DNA from: the human T2T-CHM13v2.0 reference genome, Homo sapiens | Strand: one strand, 5' to 3' | Length of the DNA stretch: 64,000 nucleotides | Assembly: GCF_009914755.1 (NCBI RefSeq) | Contig: NC_060948.1 | Shown here: in pieces, positions 14,344 through 28,596 of the stretch | Numbering within the stretch: position 1 is the first letter of the stretch | Layout: the number at the start of each line of letters is the position of its first letter | The notes under the pieces: model-generated | Databases searched by the model: none | The model's input: only the letters and a program-made list of their open reading frames with translations | What the model was told of the DNA's origin: nothing | Program-made: the position numbers and the translations under genes

Positions 14344-17300
14344 GGCCTGGAATAAAGTGGAATGCTACGGTCTCGAATGGAATAAAAATGTATGGAATGG
14401 AATGCAATGAAATGGAATCGAATGTCATAGAATGTAATGGAATGCAAAAAAATGGAATCCAAAATCATTGACTGGAAAGGCTGGGTGTCGAAAGGAATTG
14501 ACTCCAATGGAATGGAATCGAATGGAATGGAAGTGAATAGAATCGAACTAAATCGAATGGAATGGAATTGATAGGAACGGAATGGAAAGGAATGCAATGA
14601 TTTGGCATGGAATGGAATCGAATGGCATCGAATGGAATGGAATGGAATGCAATGGAATGGAATGTATTAGAATGTAATGAACTTTAATGGAATGTACTCG
14701 AATGGATTCGACTGGAATGGAATGTTCTGGAAGTGAATGGACTCCAATGGAATGGATTCAAAAGGAATGGAATCGTACGGAATGGAATCTAATGGAATGC
14801 AATTAAATGGAAATGAATCAAATTGAATAGCACGGAATTGAATTGAATGGAATGGAATGCAATGGAATCTAATGAAACGGAAAGGAAAGGAATGGAATGG
14901 AATGGAATGGGCTGGAATGGAAAGGAATCGAAACGAATGGAATGGAATCGAACTGAAGAGACTGGAATGGAATGCACTGGAATGGAAGGGAGTGTAATGG
15001 AAGGTTCTCGAAAAAATGGAATCGAATGGAATGCAATTGAATGGAACGGAATAGAGTCGAATGGAATTGAATGGAATGGAATGGACTAGAGTGAAATGGA
15101 ATCGAACCACAAGGAATGGACAGGAATAGAATGGTCTCGAATTGAATGGAATCGTATGGAATGGCATCAAACGGAATGGAATGGACAGCCACGGAATGGA
15201 ATGCACTCGAATGCAATGGAGTCGAAACTAACGGACTGGAATAGAATGGAATCGACTGGTACGGACTCCAATGGAATGGAATCGAATGGAAGGGAATCGA
15301 ACGGAAGGGAATCGAACGGAATGGACTCGAAGGGAAAAGACTGCAATGGAAAGGTCTCGAATGGAATGGAAATTAATGGAATGGAATGGAATCGAATGAA
15401 ATGGAGTCAAAAGGAATGGAATCGAATGGCAAGAAATCGAATGTAATGGAATCGCAAGGAATTGATGTGAACGGAACGGAATGGAATGGAATCCAAAGGA
15501 ATGGAATAGAATGGAATGGAATCGAATGGAAAGGACTCGAATGGAAATCACTCGAATAGAATGCAATTTAATAAAATAGGATCAAATGTAATGGAATGGA
15601 ATGGAAAGGAATCGAAACGAAAGGAATGGAGACAGATGGAATGGAATGGAACAGAGAGCAATGGTATAGAATGGAATGGAATCATCTGGAATGGAATTGA
15701 ATGGAATGGAATGATATGAAATGGAATGGAATGGAATTGAATGGAATGCCCTTGAATTAAATGGACTGGACTCGAACAGAGTGGAATGGAAAGTGTGGAG
15801 ATAGAATGGAATGAACTCCTTTGGGATGGTCTAGTAGGCAATGCAATCGACTGGCAGGGAATCAAAAGGAATGTAATCGAATGGATTGGACTGGAATGCA
15901 ATGGACTCGAATAGATTGGAAACGGAATGCAAAGAATGGAATGGAATAGTATGGAATGGAATGGAAAGGAATGGAGTGGAATAGACTAGAGTGGAATGGA
16001 ATGGACTGGAAAGCAATGGACTGGAATGGAACTTTGTTGAATGGACTGGAATCAAACGGAATGGAATGCAATGCAATCAAATGGCATGGAATAAAATAGA
16101 ATGAAAGAGAATCAAATGGAATTGAATCGAATGGAATCGAATGGATTGGAAAGGAATAGAATGGAATGGAATGGAATTGACTCAAATGGAATGGACTAGA
16201 ATGGAATGGATTCGAATGGAAGGCAAAGGAATGGAATCTATTGGAATGGACTGTAATGGAATGGAATGGAAGGGATTGGAATGGACTCGAATGGAATGGA
16301 CTGCAATAGAAAGGATTCGAATGGAATGAAAAAGAATTGAATGGAATAGAACAGAATGGAATCAAATCGAATGAAATGGAATGGAATAGAAAGGAATGTA
16401 ATGAAATGGAATGGAAAGGATTCGAATGGAATGCAATCGAATGGAATGGAATCGAACGGAATGGAATAAAATGGAAGAAAACTGGCAAGAAATGGAATCG
16501 AAATGAATGGAGTGTTATGGAACGGACTCAAAAGGAATTGAATGTAATAGAATGGAGTGGAGTGGACTCGAATATAATGGACTGGAATGGAATGAAATCA
16601 CATGGAATGGGAACGAATGGAATGGAATGGAAAGGAATGGAATCGAATGGAAAGGAATCGAATGGAAGGGAATGAAATTGAATCAACAGGAATGGAAGGG
16701 AATAGAATAGACGGTAATGGAATGGACTCGAATAGAATGGACACGAATGCTCAAATTGAATGGACTCGAATGGAATGGAAACGAAAGGAATGTCATCGAA
16801 TGGAATTGAATCGATTGGAATGAAATCGCATAGAATGGAGTGGAATCAAATGGAATTGAATCGAAAGGAAAGGAAGCGAATGGACTGAAATGAAATGGAA
16901 TGGAATTGAATGGAAAGTAATGCAATGGAATAGAATGGAACGAAATTTCACGGAATGGAATCAAACTGAATGGAATCAAATCAATGGAATCAAATCAAAT
17001 GGAATGGAAAGGAATTGAATGGAGTAGATGGGATTGGATGGGATTGGAATGAAATGTACTGGAAAGGACTCGAATTTCATGAAACGGAATGGAATGAATT
17101 GGAACGGAATGGACTCGAATGGAATGGAATGTCATGGGATGGCATCAAATGGAATGGCATCAAATGGAATGGAATCGAATGCAATGGAATGCTATGGAAT
17201 GGAATGGAATGCATTGGAATGGAATGTCCTCTAATGGAATGGATTCGAGTGGAATGGAATTGAATATAATGGAGTCGAATGAAATGGAATTGAAAGGAAT

Positions 17301-17900
17301 GGGATCGAATACAATGGAATATACTGGAATGTAACGTAATGAACTCGAATGTAATTGACTGGAATGGAATGTACATGAATGGAATGTAATCGAATGGAAA
17401 GTAATCCAAAGGAATAGAATCTAATGCAATAAAATCGACTCAGATAGAGTAGAATGTAATGGAATGGAGTGCAGTGCAATGGAATGGAATGGAATGGAAT
17501 GCAATGGAATGGAATGGAATGGAATGGAATGGAATGGGATGGAATGGTGTGGAATGGATAGTAATGGACTGGAGTGAAATGGACTGGAAAGGAATGGACT
17601 CAAATTGAAAGGTCTCGAAAGGAATGGAGTCAAATGGAATGGTCTGGAATGGAATGAACACGAATGTAATGCAACCCAATAGAATGGAATCGAATGGCAT
17701 GGAATAGAAAGAAATGGAATCGAAGAGAATGGAAACAAATGGAATGGAATTGAATGGAATGGAATTGAATGGAATGGGAACGAATGGAGTGAAATTGTAT
17801 GCAGTAGAAGAGAATAGAATGGAATGCAAGCGAAAGGAAAGGAATGGATTGGAATGGAATGGAATTCATTGGAATGGAAGGGAATGTAGTGTAATGGACA
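14344..17900 (+). repeat. DYZ1 unit U5 (3557 bp)
   Basis: Landmark spacing. Confidence 0.9.
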
Positions 17901-20900
17901 GGCCTGGAATAAAGTGGAATGCTACGGTCTCGAATGGAATAAAAATGTATGGAATGGAATGCAATGAAACGGAATCGAATGTCATAGAATGTAATGGAAT
18001 GCAAAAAAATGGAATCCAAAATCATTGACTGGAAAGGCTGGGTGTCGAAAGGAATTGACTCCAATGGAATGGAATCGAATGGAATGGAAGTGAATAGAAT
18101 CGAACTAAATCGAATGGAATGGAATTGATAGGAACGGAATGGAAAGGAATGCAATGATTTGGCATGGAATGGAATCGAATGGCATCGAATGGAATGGAAT
18201 GGAATGCAATGGAATGGAATGTATTAGAATGTAATGAACTTTAATGGAATGTACTCGAATGGATTCGACTGGAATGGAATGTTCTGGAAGTGAATGGACT
18301 CCAATGGAATGGATTCAAAAGGAATGGAATCGTACGGAATGGAATCTAATGGAATGCAATTAAATGGAAATGAATCAAATTGAATAGCACGGAATTGAAT
18401 TGAATGGAATGGAATGCAATGGAATCTAATGAAACGGAAAGGAAAGGAATGGAATGGAATGGAATGGGCTGGAATGGAAAGGAATCGAAACGAATGGAAT
18501 GGAATCGAACTGAAGAGACTGGAATGGAATGCACTGGAATGGAAGGGAGTGTAATGGAAGGTTCTCGAAAAAAATGGAATCGAATGGAATGCAATTGAAT
18601 GGAACGGAATAGATTCGAATGGAATTGAATGGAATGGAATGGACTAGAGTGAAATGGAATCGAACCACAAGGAATGGACAGGAATAGAATGGTCTCGAAT
18701 TGAATGGAATCGTATGGAATGGCATCAAACGGAATGGAATGGACAGCCACGGAATGGAATGCACTCGAATGCAATGGAGTCGAAACTAACGGACTGGAAT
18801 AGAATGGACTCGACTGGTACGGACTCCAATGGAATGGAATCGAATGGAAGGGAATCGAACGGAAGGGAATCGAACGGAATGGACTCGAAGGGAAAAGACT
18901 GCAATGGAAAGGTCTCGAATGGAATGGAAATTAATGGAATGGAATGGAATCGAATGAAATGGAGTCAAAAGGAATGGAATCGAATGGCAAGAAATCGAAT
19001 GTAATGGAATCGCAAGGAATTGATGTGAACGGAACGGAATGGAATGGAATCCAAAGGAATGGAATAGAATGGAATGGAATCGAATGGAAAGGACTCGAAT
19101 GGAAATCATTCGAATAGAATGCAATTTAATAAAATAGGATCAAATGTAATGGAATGGAATGGAAAGGAATCGAAACGAAAGGAATGGAGACAGATGGAAT
19201 GGAATGGAACAGAGAGCAATGGTATAGAATGGAATGGAATCATCTGGAATGGAATTGAATGGAATGGAATGATATGAAATGGAATGGAATGGAATGGAAT
19301 GGAATGCCCTTGAATTAAATGGACTGGACTCGAACAGAGTGGAATGGAAAGTGTGGAGATAGAATGGAATGAACTCCTTTGGAATGGTCTAGTAGGCAAT
19401 GCAATCGACTGGCAGGGAATCAAAAGGAATGTAATCGAATGGATTGGACTGGAATGCAATGGACTCGAATAGATTGGAAACGGAATGCAAAGAATGGAAT
19501 GGAATAGTATGGAATGGAATGGAAAGGAATGGAGTGGAATAGACTAGAGTGGAATGGAATGGACTGGAAAGCAATGGACTGGAATGGAACTTTCTTGAAT
19601 GGACTGGAATCAAACGGAATGGAATGCAATGCAATCAAATGGCATGGAATAAAATAGAATGAAAGAGAATCAAACAGAATTGAATCGAATGGAATCGAAT
19701 GGATTGGAAAGGAATAGAATGGAATGGAATGGAATTGACTCAAATGGAATGGACTAGAATGGAATGGATTCGAATGGAAGGCAAAGGAATGGAATCTATT
19801 GGAATGGACTGTAATGGAATGGAATGGAAGGGATTGGAATGGACTCGAATGGAATGGACTGCAATAGAAAGGATTCGAATGGAATGAAAAAGAATTGAAT
19901 GGAATAGAACAGAATGGAATCAAATCGAATGAAATGGAATGGAATAGAAAGGAATGGAATGAAATGGAATGGAAAGGATTCGAATGGAATGCAATCGAAT
20001 GGAATGGAATCGAACGGAATGGAATAAAATGGAAGAAAACTGGCAAGAAATGGAATCGAAATGAATGGAGTGTTATGGAACGGACTCAAAAGGAATTGAA
20101 TGTAATAGATTGGAGTGGAGTGGACTCGAATATAATGGACTGGAATGGAATGAAATCACATGGAATGGGAACGAATGGAATGGAATGGAAAGGAATGGAA
20201 TCGAATGGAAAGGAATCGAATGGAAGGGAATGAAATTGAATCAACAGGAATGGAAGGGAATAGAATAGACGGTAATGGAATGGACTCAAATAGAATGGAC
20301 ACGAATGCTCAAATTGAATGGACTCGAATGGAATGGAAACGAAAGGAATGTCATCGAATGGAATTGAATCGATTGGAATGAAATCGCATAGAATGGAGTG
20401 GAATCAAATGGAATTGAATCGAAAGGAAAGGAAGCGAATGGACTGAAATGAAATGGAATGGAATTGAATGGAAAGTAATGCAATGGAATAGAATGGAACG
20501 AAATTTCACGGAATGGAATCAAACTGAATGGAATCAAATCAATGGAATCAAATCAAATGGAATGGAAAGGAATTGAATGGAGTAGATGGGATTGGATGGG
20601 ATTGGAATGAAATGTACTGGAAAGGACTCGAATTTCATGAAACGGAATGGAATGAATTGGAACGGAATGGACTCGAATGGAATGGAATGTCATGGGATGG
20701 CATCAAATGGAATGGCATCAAATGGAATGGAATCGAATGCAATGGAATGCTATGGAATGGAATGGAATGCATTGGAATGGAATGTCCTCTAATGGAATGG
20801 ATTCGAGTGGAATGGAATTGAATATAATGGAGTCGAATGAAATGGAATTGAAAGGAATGGGATCGAATACAATGGAATATACTGGAATGTAACGTAATGA

Positions 20901-21463
20901 ACTCGAATGTAATTGACTGGAATGGAATGTACATGAATGGAATGTAATCGAATGGAAAGTAATCCAATGGAATAGAATCTAATGCAATAAAATCGACTCA
21001 GATAGAGTAGAATGTAATGGAATGGAGTGCAGTGCAATGGAATGGAATGGAATGGAATGCAATGGAATGGAATGGAATGGAATGGAATGGAATGGAATGG
21101 AATGGAATGGAATGGGATGGAATGGTATGGAATGGATAGTAATGGACTGGAGTGAAATGGACTGGAAAGGAATGGACTCAAATTGAAAGGGCTCGAAAGG
21201 AATGGAGTCAAATGGAATGGTCTGGAATGGAATGAACACGAATGTAATGCAACCCAATAGAATGGAATCGAATGGCATGGAATATAAAGAAATGGAATCG
21301 AAGAGAATGGAAACAAATGGAATGGAATTGAATGGAATGGGAACGAATGGAGTGAAATTGTATGCAGTAGAAGAGAATAGAATGGAATGCAAGCGAAAGG
21401 AAAGGAATGGATTGGAATGGAATGGAATTCATTGGAATGGAAGGGAATGTAGTGTAATGGACA
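17901..21463 (+). repeat. DYZ1 unit U6 (3563 bp)
   Basis: Landmark spacing. Confidence 0.9.
21064..21113 (+). repeat. Longest copy of the variable pure (GGAAT)n tract (n=10)
   Basis: Counted between GCAAT (21059) and GGGAT (21114). Confidence 0.9.
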
Positions 21464-24400
21464 GGCCTGGAATAAAGTGGAATGCTACGGTCTCGAATGG
21501 AATAAAAATGTATGGAATGGAATGCAATGAAACGGAATCGAATGTCATAGAATGTAATGGAATGCAAAAAAATGGAATCCAAAATCATTGACTGGAAAGG
21601 CTGGGTGTCGAAAGGAATTGACTCCAATGGAATGGAATCGAATGGAATGGAAGTGAATAGAATCGAACTAAATCGAATGGAATGGAATTGATAGGAACGG
21701 AATGGAAAGGAATGCAATGATTTGGCATGGAATGGAATCGAATGGCATCGAATGGAATGGAATGGAATGCAATGGAATGGAATGTATTAGAATGTAATGA
21801 ACTTTAATGGAATGTACTCGAATGGATTCGACTGGAATGGAATGTTCTGGAAGTGAATGGACTCCAATGGAATGGATTCAAAAGGAATGGAATCGTACGG
21901 AATGGAATCTAATGGAATGCAATTAAATGGAAATGAATCAAATTGAATAGCACGGAATTGAATTGAATGGAATGGAATGCAATGGAATCTAATGAAACGG
22001 AAAGGAAAGGAATGGAATGGAATGGAATGGGCTGGAATGGAAAGGAATCGAAACGAATGGAATGGAATCGAACTGAAGAGACTGGAATGGAATGCACTGG
22101 AATGGAAGGGAGTGTAATGGAAGGTTCTCGAAAAAAATGGAATCGAATGGAATGCAATTGGATGGAACGGAATAGAGTCGAATGGAATTGAATGGAATGG
22201 AATGGACTAGAGTGAAATGGAATCGAACCACAAGGAATGGACAGGAATAGAATGGTCTCGAATTGAATGGAATCGTATGGAATGGCATCAAACGGAATGG
22301 AATGGACAGCCACGGAATGGAATGCACTCGAATGCAATGGAGTCGAAACTAACGGACTGGAATAGAATGGACTCGACTGGTACGGACTCCAATGGAATGG
22401 AATCGAATGGAAGGGAATCGAACGGAAGGGAATCGAACGGAATGGACTCGAAGGGAAAAGACTGCAATGGAAAGGTCTCGAATGGAATGGAAATTAATGG
22501 AATGGAATGGAATCGAATGAAATGGAGTCAAAAGGAATGGAATCGAATGGCAAGAAATCGAATGTAATGGAATCGCAAGGAATTGATGTGAACGGAACGG
22601 AATGGAATGGAATCCAAAGGAATGGAATAGAATGGAATGGAATCGAATGGAAAGGACTCGAATGGAAATCACTCGAATAGAATGCAATTTAATAAAATAG
22701 GATCAAATGTAATGGAATGGAATGGAAAGGAATCGAAAGGAAAGGAATGGAGACAGATGGAATGGAATGGAACAGAGAGCAATGGTATAGAATGGAATGG
22801 AATCACCTGGAATGGAATTGAATGGAATGGAATGATATGAAATGGAATGGAATGGAATGGAATGGAATGCCCTTGAATTAAATGGACTGGACTCGAACAG
22901 AGTGGAATGGAAAGTGTGGAGATAGAATGGAATGAACTCATTTGGAATGGTCTAGTAGGCAATGCAATCGACTGGCAGGGAATCAAAAGGAATGTAATCG
23001 AATGGATTGGACTGGAATGCAATGGACTCGAATAGATTGGAAACGGAATGCAAAGGAATGGAATGGAATAGTATGGAATGGAATGGAAAGGAATGGAGTG
23101 GAATAGACTAGAGTGGAATGGAATGGACTGGAAAGCAATGGACTGGAATGGAACTTTCTTGAATGGACTGGAATCAAACGGAATGGAATGCAATGCAATC
23201 AAATGGCATGTAATAAAATAGAATGAAAGAGAATCAAATGGAATTGAATCGAATGGAATCGAATGGATTGGAAAGGAATAGAATGGAATGGAATGGAATT
23301 GACTCAAATGGAATGGACTAGAATGGAATGGATTCGAATGGAAGGCAAAGGAATGGAATCTATTGGAATGGACTGTAATGGAATGGAATGGAAGGGATTG
23401 GAATGGACTCGAATGGAATGGACTGCAATAGAAAGGATTCGAATGGAATGAAAAAGAATTGAATGGAATAGAACAGAATGGAATCAAATCGAATGAAATG
23501 GAATGGAATAGAAAGGAATGGAATGAAATGGAATGGAAAGGATTCGAATGGAATGCAATCGAATGGAATGGAATCGAACGGAATGGAATAAAATGGAAGA
23601 AAACTGGCAAGAAATGGAATCGAAATGAATGGAGTGTTATGGAACGGACTCAAAAGGAATTGAATGTAATAGAATGGAGTGGAGTGGACTCGAATATAAT
23701 GGACTGGAATGGAATGAAATCACATGGAATGGGAACGAATGGAATGGAATGGAAAGGAATGGAATCGAATGGAAAGGAATCGAATGGAAGGGAATGAAAT
23801 TGAATCAACAGGAATGGAAGGGAATAGAATAGACGGTAATGGAATGGACTCGAATAGAATGGACACGAATGCTCAAATTGAATGGACTCGAATGGAATGG
23901 AAACGAAAGGAATGTCATCGAATGGAATTGAATCGATTGGAATGAAATCGCATAGAATGGAGTGGAATCAAATGGAATTGAATCGAAAGGAAAGGAAGCG
24001 AATGGACTGAAATGAAATGGAATGGAATTGAATGGAAAGTAATGCAATGGAATAGAATGGAACGAAATTTCACGGAATGGAATCAAACTGAATGGAATCA
24101 AATCAATGGAATCAAATCAAATGGAATGGAAAGGAATTGAATGGAGTAGATGGGATTGGATGGGATTGGAATGAAATGTACTGGAAAGGACTCGAATTTC
24201 ATGAAACGGAATGGAATGAATTGGAACGGAATGGACTCGAATGGAATGGAATGTCATGGGATGGCATCAAACGGAATGGCATCAAATGGAATGGAATCGA
24301 ATGCAATGGAATGCTATGGAATGGAATGGAATGCATTGGAATGGAATGCCCTCTAATGGAATGGATTCGAGTGGAATGGAATTGAATATAATGGAGTCGA

Positions 24401-25017
24401 ATGAAATGGAATTGAAAGGAATGGGATCGAATACAATGGAATATACTGGAATGTAACGTAATGAACTCGAATGTAATTGACTGGAATGGAATGTACATGA
24501 ATGGAATGTAATCGAATGGAAAGTAATCCGATGGAATAGAATCTAATGCAATAAAATCGACTCAGATAGAGTAGAATGTAATGGAATGGAGTGCAGTGCA
24601 ATGGAATGGAATGGAATGGAATGCAATGGAATGGAATGGAATGGAATGGAATGGAATGGAATGGAATGGGATGGAATGGTATGGAATGGATAGTAATGGA
24701 CTGGAGTGAAATGGACTGGAAAGGAATGGACTCAAATTGAAAGGGCTCGAAAGGAATGGAGTCAAATGGAATGGTCTGGAATGGAATGAACACGAATGTA
24801 ATGCAACCCAATAGAATGGAATCGAATGGCATGGAATATAAAGAAATGGAATCGAAGAGAATGGAAACAAATGGAATGGAATTGAATGGAATGGGAACGA
24901 ATGGAGTGAAATTGTATGCAGTAGAAGAGAATAGAATGGAATGCAAGCGAAAGGAAAGGAATGGATTGGAATGGAATGGAATTCATTGGAATGGAAGGGA
25001 ATGTAGTGTAATGGACA
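21464..25017 (+). repeat. DYZ1 unit U7 (3554 bp)
   Basis: Landmark spacing. Confidence 0.9.
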
Positions 25018-28000
25018 GGCCTGGAATAAAGTGGAATGCTACGGTCTCGAATGGAATAAAAATGTATGGAATGGAATGCAATGAAACGGAATCGAATGTC
25101 ATAGAATGTAATGGAATGCAAAAAAATGGAATCCAAAATCATTGACTGGAAAGGCTGGGTGTCGAAAGGAATTGACTCCAATGGAATGGAATCGAATGGA
25201 ATGGAAGTGAATAGAATCGAACTAAATCGAATGGAATGGAATTGATAGGAACGGAATGGAAAGGAATGCAATGATTTGGCATGGAATGGAATCGAATGGC
25301 ATCGAATGGAATGGAATGGAATGCAATGGAATGGAATGTATTAGAATGTAATGAACTTTAATGGAATGTACTCGAATGGATTCGACTGGAATGGAATGTT
25401 CTGGAAGTGAATGGACTCCAATGGAATGGATTCAAAAGGAATGGAATCGTACGGAATGGAATCTAATGGAATGGAATTAAATGGAAATGAATCAAATTGA
25501 ATAGCACGGAATTGAATTGAATGGAATGGAATGCAATGGAATCTAATGAAACGGAAAGGAAAGGAATGGAATGGAATGGAATGGGCTGGAATGGAAAGGA
25601 ATCGAAACGAATGGAATGGAATCGAAGTGAAGAGACTGGAATGGAATGCACTGGAATGGAAGGGAGTGTAATGGAAGGTTCTCGAAAAAAATGGAATCGA
25701 ATGGAATGGAATTGAATGGAACGGAATAGAGTCGAATGGAATTGAATGGAATGGAATGGACTAGAGTGAAATGGAATCGAACCACAAGGAATGGACAGGA
25801 ATAGAATGGTCTCGAATTGAATGGAATCGTATGGAATGGCATCAAACGGAATGGAATGGACAGCCACGGAATGGAATGCACTCGAATGCAATGGAGTCGA
25901 AACTAACGGACTGGAATAGAATGGACTCGACTGGTACGGACTCCAATGGAATGGAATCGAATGGAAGGGAATCGAACGGAAGGGAATCGAACGGAATGGA
26001 CTCGAAGGGAAAAGACTGCAATGGAAAGGCCTCGAATGGAATGGAAATTAATGGAATGGAATGGAATCGAATGAAATGGAGTCAAAAGGAATGGAATCGA
26101 ATGGCAAGAAATCGAATGTAATGGAATCGCAAGGAATTGATGTGAACGGAACGGAATGGAATGGAATCCAAAGGAATGGAATAGAATGGAATGGAATCGA
26201 ATGGAAAGGACTCGAATGGAAATCACTCGAATAGAATGCAATTTAATAAAATAGGATCAAATGTAATGGAATGGAATGGAAAGGAATAGAAACGAAAGGA
26301 ATGGAGACAGATGGAATGGAATAGAACAGAGAGCAATGGTATAGAATGGAATGGAATCATCTGGAATGGAATTGAATGGAATGGAATAATATGAAATGGA
26401 ATGGAATGGAATGGAATGGAATGCCCTTGAATTAAAAGGACTGGAATGGAATGGACTCGAACAGAGTGGAATGGAAAGTGTTGAGATAGAATGGAATGGA
26501 CTCCTTTGGAATGGTCTAGTATGCAATGCAATCGACTGGCAGGGAATCAAAAGGAATGTAATGGAATGGATTGGACTGGAATCCAATGGACTCGAATAGA
26601 TTGGAAACGGAATGCAAAGGAATGGAATGGAATAGTATGGAATGGAATGGAAAGGAATGGAGTGGAATAGACTAGAGTGGAAAGGAATGGACTGGAAAGC
26701 AATGGACTGGAATGGAACTTTGTTGAATGGACTGGAATCAAACGGAATGGAATGCAATGCAATCAAATGGCATGGAATAAAATAGAATGAAAGAGAATCA
26801 AATGGAATTGAATCGAATGGAATCGAATGGATTGGAAAGGAATAGAATGGAATGGAATGGAATTGACTCAAATGGAATGGACTAGAATGGAATGGATTCG
26901 AATGGAAGGCAAAGGAATGGAATCTATTGGAATGGACTGTAATGGAATGGAATGGAAGGGATTGGAATGGACTCGAATGGAATGGACTGCAATAGAAAGG
27001 ATTCGAATGGAATGAAAAAGAATTGAATGGAATAGAACAGAATGGAATCAAATCGAATGAAATGGAATGGAATAGAAAGGAATGGAATGAAATGGAATGG
27101 AAAGGATTCGAATGGAATGCAATCGAATGGAATGGAATCGAACGGAATGGAATAAAATGGAAGAAAACTGGCAAGAAATGGAATCGAAATGAATGGAGTG
27201 TTATGGAACGGACTCAAAAGGAATTGAATGTAATAGAATGGAGTGGAGTGGACTCGAATATAATGGACTGGAATGGAGTGAAATCACATGGAATGGGAAC
27301 GAATGGAATGGAATGGAAAGGAATGGAATCGAATGGAAAGGAATCGAATGGAAGGGAATGAAATTGAATCAACAGGAATGGGAGGGAATAGAATAGACTG
27401 TAATGGAATGGACTCGAATAGAATGGACACGAATGCTCAAATTAAATGGACTCGAATGGAATGGAAACGAAAGGAATGTCATCGAATGGAATTGAATCGA
27501 TTGGAATGAAATCGCATAGAATGGAGTGGAATCAAATGGAATTGAATCGAAAGGAAAGGAAGCGAATGGACTGAAATGAAATGGAATGGAATTGAATGGA
27601 AAGTAATGCAATGGAATAGAGTGGAACGAAATTTCACGGAATGGAATCAAACTGAATGGAGTCAAATCAATGGAATCAAATCAAATGGAATGGAAAGGAA
27701 TTGAATGGAGTAGATGGGATTGGATGGGATTGGAATGAAATGTACTGGAAAGGACTCGAATTTCATGAAACGGAATGGAATGAATTGGAACGGAATGGAC
27801 TCGAATGGAATGGAATGTCATGGCATGGCATCAAATGGAATGGCATCAAATGGAATGGAATCGAATGCAATGGAATGCTATGGAATGGAATGGAATGCAT
27901 TGGAATGGAATGTCCTCTAATGGAATGGATTCGAGTGGAATGGAATTGAATATAATGGAGTCGAATGAAATGGAATTGAAAGGAATGGGATCGAATACAA

Positions 28001-28596
28001 TGGAATATACTGGAATGTAACGTAATGAACTCGAATGTAATTGACTGGAATGGAATGTACATGAATGGAATGTAATCGAATGGAAAGTAGTCCAATGGAA
28101 TAGAATCTAATGCAATAAAATCGACTCAGATAGAGTAGAATGTAATGGAATGGAGTGCAGTGCAATGGAATGGAATGGAATGGAATGCAATGGAATGGAA
28201 TGGAATGGAATGGAATGGAATGGAATGGAATGGGATGGAATGGTATGGAATGGATAGTAATGGACTGGAGTGAAATGGACTGGAAAGGAATGGACTCAAA
28301 TTGAAAGGTCTCGAAAGGAATGGAGTCAAATGGAATGGTCTGGAATGGAATGAACACGAATGTAATGCAATCCAATAGAATGGAATCGAATGGCATGGAA
28401 TATAAAGAAATGGAATCGAAGAGAATGGAAACAAATGGAATGAAATTGAATGGAATGGAATTGAATGGAATGTGAACGAATGGAGTGAAATTGTATGCAG
28501 TAGAAGAGAATAGAATGGAATGCAAGCAAAAGGAAAGGATTGGATTGGAATGGAATGGAATTCATTGGAATGGAAGGGAATGTAGTGTAATGGACA
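25018..28596 (+). repeat. DYZ1 unit U8 (3579 bp), chimeric, extra HaeIII site
   Basis: Landmark spacing; second GGCC at 26028. Confidence 0.9.
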
